From NCBI GenBank assembly GCA_015257795.3, contig CP072208.2, positions 60,001 to 92,000 of the forward strand: a DNA stretch of 32,000 nt, given 5' to 3'. Position numbers and translations under genes: made by a program. This stretch comes from Candidatus Nanogingivalaceae bacterium. GTDB lineage: Bacteria; Patescibacteriota; Saccharimonadia; Saccharimonadales; Saccharimonadaceae. Below are positions 25,820-32,000 of this stretch, piece after piece; position 1 is the first letter of the stretch, and each line of letters starts with the position of its first letter. The notes beneath the pieces were generated by a model. The model saw nothing but the letters and a program-made list of their open reading frames with translations, was not told where the DNA came from and did not search any database.

Positions 25820-26764
25820 GTGGCGAATAAAAATCTCACACGAGCAAAAAAGGTCAAAAATGATGAATTTTACACACAATACGATGATATTGAAAAAGAG
25901 TGTGAAAGATATCGTGATCAATTTTATGGCAAAATAATTTACTGTAATTGTGATGACCCTGAAAGTAGTAATTTCTTCTTGTATTTTGCGAATAATTTCA
26001 AGTTTTTTGGCTTAAAAAAGCTTGTGACTACTCATTATGATGCTGAAAAGCCAACTTATAAGCTAGAATTAACAGAAGAAATGATCGAAGATGGCGCTGT
26101 AACTGCTGAATGTGCTAAGAAAACTCTACTTAAGGGTAACGGAGACTTTCGCAATGAAGAGAGTATTGAACTATTGAAAGAAGCCGATATAATCATAACT
26201 AATCCACCGTTTTCACTTTTTAGAGAATATATTGCTCAATTGATTGAATATGGAAAGCGATTTTTAATTATGGGAAATAATAACTCAATCACCTATAAAG
26301 AGATTTTTAAATTAATAAAAGAAAATAAAATTTGGCTTGGTTATGATGTTAATAAAACTATGGAGTTTGCTTTAAGTGATAGTTATGAGAAATGGAGTCG
26401 TATAGAAAATGGCGTAAAGTACGGAAAAGTTCCTGCAATATCTTGGTTTACGAATCTTGAAACAGATAAACGCCATCAAGAGTTGATTTTATATAAAAAA
26501 TATACCGCTGAAGAATTTCCAAAATATGATAATTATGACGCAATTGAAGTTTCGAAAGTTGTTGATATTCCGCAAGATTATGACGGTGTTATGGGAGTAC
26601 CGATTACTTTTCTTGATAAATTTAATCCAGATCAATTTGAATTGATAGGTTCTAATCGTTGGGTTGGTCAAGACGAAGATGGAGTGTATGGTAGAAGTTC
26701 GTATTTGAATGGAAAAGAAACTTTTAAAAGGCTATTCATAAAGAACAAGAAAGTGAGTAAATAA
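25820..26764 (+). CDS. N6-adenine DNA methyltransferase, M.EcoRI family
   Basis: Motifs KNDEFYTQYDDIEKE, IYCNCDDPESSNFF, catalytic IITNPPFSLFREY, KENKIWLG, PKYDNYDAIEV, GVMGVPITFLDKFNP and RLFIKNK. These match my recollection of M.EcoRI nearly block for block. I propose the start at GTG 25820 (VANKNLTRAKK, RBS gaaagg), by analogy with the M.EcoRI N-terminus. The ORF track starts at TTG 25781. Confidence 0.85.
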   Translation: MANKNLTRAKKVKNDEFYTQYDDIEKECERYRDQFYGKIIYCNCDDPESSNFFLYFANNFKFFGLKKLVTTHYDAEKPTYKLELTEEMIEDGAVTAECAKKTLLKGNGDFRNEESIELLKEADIIITNPPFSLFREYIAQLIEYGKRFLIMGNNNSITYKEIFKLIKENKIWLGYDVNKTMEFALSDSYEKWSRIENGVKYGKVPAISWFTNLETDKRHQELILYKKYTAEEFPKYDNYDAIEVSKVVDIPQDYDGVMGVPITFLDKFNPDQFELIGSNRWVGQDEDGVYGRSSYLNGKETFKRLFIKNKKVSK

Positions 26765-26766
26765 TT

Positions 26767-27861
26767 ATGAAAATTGAACTTCATAAAATAAAAATCAAAG
26801 ATATTTTTGAAGGCTATCGAAACAATAATGAAGAAGGTGTTGCTGGTTTTGGTGGAAAGTTAAATATTCGCCCAAAATATCAACGAGAGTTTGTTTATGA
26901 TGATCGCAAACGAAATGCTGTGATTGATACGGTTCGAAAGGGTTTTCCGCTAAATGTGATGTATTGGGTAAAAAATTCTGACGGAACTTTTGAAGTTTTA
27001 GATGGGCAACAACGAACAATTTCAATTTGTGAATATTTAAATAATAAATTCTCAATTTTGGATGAAGGAAATCGGCGGAAATTTTTTAATTTGACAGATT
27101 TTGAAAAAGAGCAGATTGAAAATTATGAGTTGATGATTTATTTTTGTGAAGGTAATGATAAAGAAAAACTTGACTGGTTTAAAATTATAAATATTGCAGG
27201 AGAAAAACTTACAGATCAGGAACTTCGTAATGCTGTTTATACTGGTGAATGGCTGACGCATGCAAAGAGTATTTTTAGTAAAAATAATTGTCCAGCTTGG
27301 AATTTAGCAAAAGATTATTTGAACGGTTCACCAATTCGGCAAGATTATCTTGAAGCTGCCCTCGATTGGATATCAAACGGTGAAATTGAAAAATATATGT
27401 CTGAAAATCAGAATAAGCAAAACGCAAACGAGCTTTGGTTATATTTTCAAAATGTTATTTCTTGGGTGAAAATGACATTTGTGAATTATCGCAAAGAAAT
27501 GAAAGGTGTTAATTGGGGCGAGCTCTATAATAAATTCAGTAGAGAAAATTTTGATACTACTAAAATTGAAAATCAAATTGTTGAATTATTAAAAGATGAT
27601 GAAGTTACTAAAAAATCTGGAATTTATAAATATATTTTAACGGGTGAAGAACGTTGGTTGAGTTTACGAGCTTTTACAGAAAATCAAAAAAGAGAAGTTT
27701 ATGAACAGCAAAAGGGAATTTGCCCAATTTGTCATGAGCACTACACAATTGAAGAAATGGAGGCTGATCATATTCAGCCATGGAGTAAAGGTGGAAAAAC
27801 GGTGGCCGAAAACTGCCAAATGCTTTGCAAAAAAGATAATCGCGAGAAGAGTGATAAGTAA
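26767..27861 (+). CDS. DUF262 (ParB-like NTPase, DGQQR) - HNH nuclease fusion protein
   Basis: N-terminal IRPKYQREFVY...VIDTVRKGFPLN...VLDGQQRT (DGQQR at 27001-27015). C-terminal McrA-type HNH: CPICHEHYTIEEMEADHIQPWSKGGKTVAENCQMLCKKDNREK (from 27721). The ATG lies 2 nt after the methyltransferase stop. Confidence 0.85.
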   Translation: MKIELHKIKIKDIFEGYRNNNEEGVAGFGGKLNIRPKYQREFVYDDRKRNAVIDTVRKGFPLNVMYWVKNSDGTFEVLDGQQRTISICEYLNNKFSILDEGNRRKFFNLTDFEKEQIENYELMIYFCEGNDKEKLDWFKIINIAGEKLTDQELRNAVYTGEWLTHAKSIFSKNNCPAWNLAKDYLNGSPIRQDYLEAALDWISNGEIEKYMSENQNKQNANELWLYFQNVISWVKMTFVNYRKEMKGVNWGELYNKFSRENFDTTKIENQIVELLKDDEVTKKSGIYKYILTGEERWLSLRAFTENQKREVYEQQKGICPICHEHYTIEEMEADHIQPWSKGGKTVAENCQMLCKKDNREKSDK

Positions 27862-27875
27862 TTTTTATAAAACTA

Positions 27876-27903
27876 AAATACCGCATGATAAGTGCGGTAT
27901 TTT
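27876..27903 (+). terminator. Terminator after the DUF262-HNH gene
   Basis: aaataccgca / tgcggtattt 10-bp stem with a 7-nt loop and a T-rich tail. Confidence 0.7.
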
Positions 27904-27925
27904 AAAGATGATTATAAAACAATAA

Positions 27926-27951
27926 TATTACACATAACTAAAGGTGTAATA
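27926..27951 (-). terminator. Terminator hairpin downstream of tRNA-Val (minus strand)
   Basis: tattacac / gtgtaata 8-bp stem with a 10-nt loop. It is followed on the minus strand by ttattgtttt. Confidence 0.5.
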
Positions 27952-27960
27952 ACTATAAAG

Positions 27961-28037
27961 TGGTGGGCGATAGAGGACTCGAACCTCTGACTTTCACAAC
28001 GTCAATGTGACGCTCTAGCCAACTGAGCTAATCGCCC
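27961..28037 (-). tRNA. tRNA-Val (anticodon GAC), CCA encoded
   Basis: The reverse complement folds as GGGCGAT-TA-GCTC-AGTTGGCTA-GAGC-G-TCACA-TTGACGT-TGTGA-AAGTC-AGAGG-TTCGAGT-CCTCT-ATCGCCC-A-CCA. Confidence 0.92.
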
Positions 28038-28058
28038 GTGGTTTTATTTTAGCAAAAC

Positions 28059-28087
28059 TTGCAAGAAAAGTCTAGTGGTGATAAAAT
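28059..28087 (+). promoter_or_regulatory. Promoter of thrS
   Basis: TTGCAA (28059-28064), a 17-nt spacer, then TGaTAAAAT (-10 at 28082-28087). Confidence 0.55.
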
Positions 28088-28126
28088 AAAAAGTAGTTAA
28101 AAATATTATTTTCGAAAGGAATTTAA

Positions 28127-29944
28127 GTGGAGAATAAAGAGGAGAAACTTTTTAAGATGCGCCACAGCCTCGCTCATATTATGGCGGCGGCAGTTCAGCG
28201 AATCTACCCAGACGCGAAGTTTGGTGTTGGTCCAGCAATTAATGATGGATTTTATTATGATATTGATTTAGGCGATAATAAAATTTCGGAAAATAATTTT
28301 GGTAAAATTGAAAAGGCTATGCGTCGAATTATCGCTGAGAGCCAAGATTTTGTGCGAAGCGAAGTTTCAATTGAAGATGCAATTAATTGGGCGAAAGAAA
28401 ACAACCAGCCTTATAAATTAGAACTTTTAAATGATTTAAAAAATGCAGGAACCACTAACGCAAAAATTCTCGCTGAGGGTGATTTTGAATTGGGTGATGG
28501 TGCTGAAACTGTAAGTTTTTATACGAATGGAAACTATAAAGATCTATGTCGTGGTCCGCACCTTTCAAACACTAAAGAAGTTGGTGCATTTAAACTAATG
28601 CGTGTAGCTGGTGCTTATTGGCGTGGGGACGAAAAAAATCCACAAATGCAACGACTTTATGGCGTGGCTTTCGAAACTCAAGAAGAACTTGACGATTATC
28701 TTCGAAAAATGGAAGAAGCTAAAAAACGCGATCACCGCAAGCTGGGTAAAGAGCTCGATTTGTATACAGTTTCACCACTTGTAGGAATCGGTTTGCCACT
28801 ATTTACGCCACGCGGAACAATTTTGCGTGATGTTTTAGCGAACTATTCAAATCAATTGCGTCAAAAATACGGTTTCGAAAAAGTTTGGACTCCACACATT
28901 ACTAAAAAAGATTTGTACGAAAAATCTGGCCACTGGGCAAAATTTGGTGAAGAACTTTTCTTGGTTAAATCGCAAGTTACTGGCGGTCAATTCGCACTAA
29001 AACCAATGAACTGTCCACATCACACGCAGATTTTCGCCTCAAACCCAAGAAGCTATAAAGATTTGCCAATTCGCTATCTTGAGACTACAACAGATTATCG
29101 TGATGAGCAAACTGGTGAACTTGGTGGATTGAACCGTGTTCGTTCTTTGACTCAAGATGATTCACACATCTTTTGTCGAACAGATCAAATTGAGAGTGAG
29201 ATTCAAAACTTATTGGCGGCTGCTCACGAACTTTATTCTGGAATTGGTATGAAATTGCGCGTACGTCTTAGCTATCGTGATGAATCTGACAGTTATCTTG
29301 GTGATCTAGCTGTTTGGGAAAGTGCGCAAAAGCAACTTAAAAAAGCGGTTATTTCAAATAATCTAGAATATTTTGAACAAGAAGGTGAAGCTGCATTCTA
29401 TGGCCCAAAGATTGACTTTATGGCGACAGATGCAATTGGTCGTGAGCACCAAGTTGCGACTGTTCAGCTTGATTTCGTTCAACCTGAACGTTTCGAACTT
29501 TCTTACAAAAACTCTGAAGGTCAAGATGAGCAACCTGTGATGATTCACTGTGCTTTGCTTGGCTCAATCGAGCGATTTATGAGCGTTTATATTGAACACA
29601 AAGCCGGCTGGTTTGATTTTTGGGCAGCTCCAGAACAAGTTCGAATTCTAACAATCAACGATACTTTAAATGACTATGTTGAAGAAGTTTCGAAAATCCT
29701 TTCTGGTGTTGTTTTGGATTCACCAGTGAAATTTAATGAAGTTCGTTATTCTGTCGATAACCGAAACGAATCTCTAGGAAAGAAGATTCGTGAAGCAACC
29801 TCAATGAAGATTCCGGTTCAACTAATTGTTGGCCCTAAAGATAAGGAAAACAATGAGGTGAGTGTTCGCTTTAGGAAAGACGGTGAATTTGTTGAAGAAA
29901 AAGTTGCGCTTAACGATCTAGCTACATTTATTCAAGAAATTTAA
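28127..29944 (+). CDS. thrS: Threonine--tRNA ligase lacking the N-terminal TGS domain
   Basis: Editing-domain motifs MRHSLAHIMAAAV and CRGPH. Class II core (RDHRKLGKELDL, NCPHH, GLNRVRSLTQDDSHIF, FYGPKIDF). A C-terminal anticodon-binding domain is present. GTG start with RBS aagga. Confidence 0.93.
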   Translation: MENKEEKLFKMRHSLAHIMAAAVQRIYPDAKFGVGPAINDGFYYDIDLGDNKISENNFGKIEKAMRRIIAESQDFVRSEVSIEDAINWAKENNQPYKLELLNDLKNAGTTNAKILAEGDFELGDGAETVSFYTNGNYKDLCRGPHLSNTKEVGAFKLMRVAGAYWRGDEKNPQMQRLYGVAFETQEELDDYLRKMEEAKKRDHRKLGKELDLYTVSPLVGIGLPLFTPRGTILRDVLANYSNQLRQKYGFEKVWTPHITKKDLYEKSGHWAKFGEELFLVKSQVTGGQFALKPMNCPHHTQIFASNPRSYKDLPIRYLETTTDYRDEQTGELGGLNRVRSLTQDDSHIFCRTDQIESEIQNLLAAAHELYSGIGMKLRVRLSYRDESDSYLGDLAVWESAQKQLKKAVISNNLEYFEQEGEAAFYGPKIDFMATDAIGREHQVATVQLDFVQPERFELSYKNSEGQDEQPVMIHCALLGSIERFMSVYIEHKAGWFDFWAAPEQVRILTINDTLNDYVEEVSKILSGVVLDSPVKFNEVRYSVDNRNESLGKKIREATSMKIPVQLIVGPKDKENNEVSVRFRKDGEFVEEKVALNDLATFIQEI

Positions 29945-29947
29945 GTT

Positions 29948-30820
29948 ATGAAAAACAGCAATACATTAATTGTTATTACTGGCCCCACGGCAAGTGGAAA
30001 AACAGGCTTGGCTATTAAGTTAGCCAAGCTTTTTGGCGGTGAAATTATTTCTGCTGATTCGCGCGCTATCTATAAAGATATTGATATTGCCTCCGCTAAG
30101 CCTACTATTGAAGAACGGGAGGGAGTTCCGCATTGGGGATTTGATCTAGTTGAACCGGGTGAACGTTTTACGGCGGCAGATTTCAAAGAATACGCTTATT
30201 TAAAAATTGAGGATATTTTAAGTCGAGGAAAAATTCCATTTTTAGTTGGTGGGACTGGCTTATATATTGATGCTGTATTATATGATTACGAATTTGGCGG
30301 CGAAGTTGATGACGCCTTTCGGCAAAAAATGAATTCAAAAAGTCTTGAAGAACTTCAAAGATATATTTTAGAAAATAAAATTCGAATGCCTGAAAATTCT
30401 AAAAATAAGCGTTATTTAATAAGGGCTATAGAAAAAAGCGTAAGCGTAAAGAGAGAAGATTGTAAAAAAGTCAACAAATATAACACTATTGTTGTGGGAA
30501 TAACAACGCCACGCAACGAATTGAGACAAAGAATTTTTCAAAGAAATGAACTATTTTTTAGTTCAGGTATTATTGAGGAGTTTAAAAAAAATGAACAGAA
30601 ATACGGAATGGATTCGGAAGCAGCAACAGCAAACGCCTATCCACTTGTACAAAAATATTTAGCAGGTGAATTAACGCAGCAGGAGTTGATTGAAAAAATG
30701 AGTGTTCGTGATTGGAGATTAGCTAAGCGTCAAACAACCTTCATGAAGAGGAATAAAGATATAATTTGGCTTAATTTAAAAGATGCTGAACAATTTATTA
30801 TTTCAAAAATTAAAAAATGA
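29948..30820 (+). CDS. miaA: tRNA dimethylallyltransferase
   Basis: P-loop VITGPTASGKTGLAIKLA, ISADSRAIYKDIDIASAKPT and LVGGTGLYI. This is the only TGA stop in the window. Confidence 0.9.
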   Translation: MKNSNTLIVITGPTASGKTGLAIKLAKLFGGEIISADSRAIYKDIDIASAKPTIEEREGVPHWGFDLVEPGERFTAADFKEYAYLKIEDILSRGKIPFLVGGTGLYIDAVLYDYEFGGEVDDAFRQKMNSKSLEELQRYILENKIRMPENSKNKRYLIRAIEKSVSVKREDCKKVNKYNTIVVGITTPRNELRQRIFQRNELFFSSGIIEEFKKNEQKYGMDSEAATANAYPLVQKYLAGELTQQELIEKMSVRDWRLAKRQTTFMKRNKDIIWLNLKDAEQFIISKIKK

Positions 30821-30860
30821 ACAAAAAAATTATAAAAGGCTAGTTGATTTTTAAAAAGTG

Positions 30861-30869
30861 TGGTAAAAT
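30861..30869 (+). promoter_or_regulatory. Extended -10 (TGgTAAAAT) 6 nt upstream of ATG 30876; leaderless candidate
   Basis: tggtaaaat at 30861-30869. No SD before the start codon. Confidence 0.45.
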
Positions 30870-30875
30870 ATAGAT

Positions 30876-31490
30876 ATGGAACAGAGTATTAATGCACTAT
30901 TTGGTTCAAAAACTAGAGTTAAGCTTTTAAACTTGTTTTTTAATAAGCCAGATGAAAAATTTTATGTTCGAGAAATTTCTAGAATAATTGATGAGCAAGT
31001 TAATTCTGTTCGAAGGGAGCTAACAAATCTTGAAGGCGTTGGCGTTGTGAAAAGTTCTACAGAGGATCGAAAGATTTTTTATAGAGCAAATCAGCGATTC
31101 AAATATTATTTGCCGTTAAGAGTTATTTTTGCGGGGGTTCAATTCTCAGAGAAAGAACATGATGTTAAAAATGCTACAGTATCAGATAACTGGCAAAATA
31201 AAATTTCTAACGTAAAAAATTCTTTAGATCTGCTTATACTATTCGGTGTATTCACTGACGATGAAAAATCGGATATAGATCTATTGATTGTGGGTAATAA
31301 TTTTAATGGCTCCTTATCTAAATGGGCTGCAGACCTTGAAAAACAAGAGGGCCGAGAACTAAACTATATGATTCTATCGATGGAAGATTTTTATTATAGG
31401 TACACGACTCAAGATACTTTTGTGAAACAATTATTTAATGGTAAGTATAATATAGTTTTCGACAAAGAAAATCTTCTTGAAAAATTATAG
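30876..31490 (+). CDS. Winged-helix (ArsR-like) DNA-binding domain fused to a minimal nucleotidyltransferase-like domain
   Basis: N-terminal LFGSKTRVKLLNLFFNKPDEKFYVREISRIIDEQVNSVRRELTNLEGVGVV. C-terminal LLILFGVFTDDEKSDIDLLIVG resembles the G[SG]..x..DxD NTase motif. Confidence 0.6.
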   Translation: MEQSINALFGSKTRVKLLNLFFNKPDEKFYVREISRIIDEQVNSVRRELTNLEGVGVVKSSTEDRKIFYRANQRFKYYLPLRVIFAGVQFSEKEHDVKNATVSDNWQNKISNVKNSLDLLILFGVFTDDEKSDIDLLIVGNNFNGSLSKWAADLEKQEGRELNYMILSMEDFYYRYTTQDTFVKQLFNGKYNIVFDKENLLEKL

Positions 31491-31503
31491 AAAGTGAGAG
31501 AAA

Positions 31504-32000
31504 ATGTTTGATATTGAATATAAGGGTGGAAATACTGTTGTAATTTCAACGAAAAAATCTTCACTAGTAACTGATCCGAAAATGTCAGTTAACGGGGAGA
31601 AGGATATAGTTATTAAAGATGGAGTAGAACTGGTTACTGAAGAGCGATTCGCAACTCGTAACGATAACTATAAGCTAACAATTAGCTACCCAGGTAATTA
31701 TGAGATTTCGGACTTTACAATTGCGGGATATCCTGAAAAACGACATATAGATGGTGATTCTGAAGGTAAAAAATCAGTAATATATGGTATTGATATTTCA
31801 GGAGTTAAGATTGGACTCCTAGGAAATATTGGTCCTAATATCTCAGACGATCAACTCGAGAACCTGGGGGTGCTTGATATCTTAATTTTGCCTATTGGTG
31901 GCGGGGGATATACACTTGATGCAACATCGGCCGCAAGTATTGCTAGGAGATCTGATGCAAAAGTTATTATTCCTGTACATTATTCTGATGATGGAATAAA
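31504..32000 (+). CDS. MBL-fold (Lactamase_B_3-like) protein, 3' end outside the window
   Basis: Not in the supplied ORF track because it runs off the end. My translation from ATG 31504 is MFDIEYKGGNTVVISTKKSSLVTDPK...ILILPIGGGGYTLDATSAASIARRSDAKVIIPVHY. The PIGG..T.D and IPVHY blocks are typical of the family. No HxHxDH motif appears in the visible part. Confidence 0.55.
   Translation, partial: MFDIEYKGGNTVVISTKKSSLVTDPKMSVNGEKDIVIKDGVELVTEERFATRNDNYKLTISYPGNYEISDFTIAGYPEKRHIDGDSEGKKSVIYGIDISGVKIGLLGNIGPNISDDQLENLGVLDILILPIGGGGYTLDATSAASIARRSDAKVIIPVHYSDDGI

Larger units (their letters stand above)
25087..27960. other. Low-GC accessory islet between the GT2 gene and tRNA-Val
   Basis: Sampled 60-nt lines here give about 25-30% GC, against about 40-47% in flanking core genes. 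It contains about 0.7 kb with no credible ORF. The TTCGAA motif is sparse. Gene content is restriction/modification-like. Confidence 0.6.

Noticed and set aside
25649-25921. 90-aa minus-strand ORF spanning the methyltransferase 5' end and the leader palindromes. It could have been a small controller protein.
   Set aside because: Its N-terminal half is the antisense of the conserved KNDEFYTQY region of the methyltransferase. It has no HTH-like segment, no RBS and no promoter. It is most likely a shadow ORF.
25087-28037. tRNA-Val as the integration site of a classical integrative element.
   Set aside because: I looked for a direct repeat of the tRNA-Val 3' portion (tggtgggcgatagaggactcgaacc) at the left edge of the islet and found none. 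The only resemblance is a short gggcg + ctctat match at 25766-25776, which is in the wrong orientation. No integrase or excisionase is present in the islet.
1-32000. CRISPR arrays, tandem repeats, IS elements or transposases.
   Set aside because: I saw no regularly spaced direct repeats, no terminal inverted repeats flanking an ORF and no transposase-like ORF anywhere in the window.
1-32000. Avoidance of GAATTC as evidence for a long-resident EcoRI-type restriction system.
   Set aside because: My hand count gives about 12 GAATTC sites against about 10 expected from composition, so there is no avoidance signal. The count is too small to say more.
1-32000. An alternative genetic code (UGA recoding), as in some CPR lineages.
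   Set aside because: All conserved genes translate at full length under code 11 without in-frame TGA. TGA also appears to terminate miaA at a plausible C-terminus.

Overview
This is a gene-dense, low-GC stretch (about 40% GC in the lines I sampled). It reads as standard genetic code with almost exclusive TAA stops. The content fits a reduced-genome Patescibacteria/CPR bacterium, plausibly Saccharibacteria-like; that assignment is inferred from gene content only.

Most of the window is conserved core:
- rpoD 3' end, an unknown membrane protein, a HAD hydrolase, mutM and holA
- ftsK
- rpsF-ssb-rpsR
- efp, tlyA and ychF (minus strand)
- an 11-gene type IV pilus locus: pilM, pilN, a pilO-like gene, a small membrane protein, pilB, pilT, pilC, pilD and three prepilin-type genes, with no secretin
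- a Xer recombinase (minus strand) and ndk
- four tRNAs: Arg-CCU, Asp-GUC, Thr-CGU and Val-GAC
- a bPH-domain membrane protein and a parvulin-type PPIase
- a small membrane protein plus a processive GT2 synthase
- thrS, miaA, a wHTH-nucleotidyltransferase fusion and a partial MBL-fold gene

The one clearly accessory segment is a roughly 2.9 kb islet at about 25.09-27.96 kb, with about 25-30% GC in sampled lines, lying between the GT2 gene and tRNA-Val. It contains:
- about 0.7 kb of non-coding DNA with an orphan intrinsic terminator and nested inverted repeats
- a near-consensus promoter followed by a roughly 185-nt leader carrying two related palindromic boxes
- a tightly coupled gene pair: an M.EcoRI-family N6-adenine methyltransferase, then a ParB-like DUF262 (DGQQR) domain fused to a McrA-type HNH nuclease

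That pairing is my best candidate for an undescribed restriction/defence module.

A second striking signal runs through the whole window. The palindrome TTCGAA, mostly as TTTCGAAA, is strongly over-represented in all reading frames and in intergenic DNA, but is absent from the pilin block and sparse in the islet.

All functional calls come from motif recognition by eye. No database search was run.
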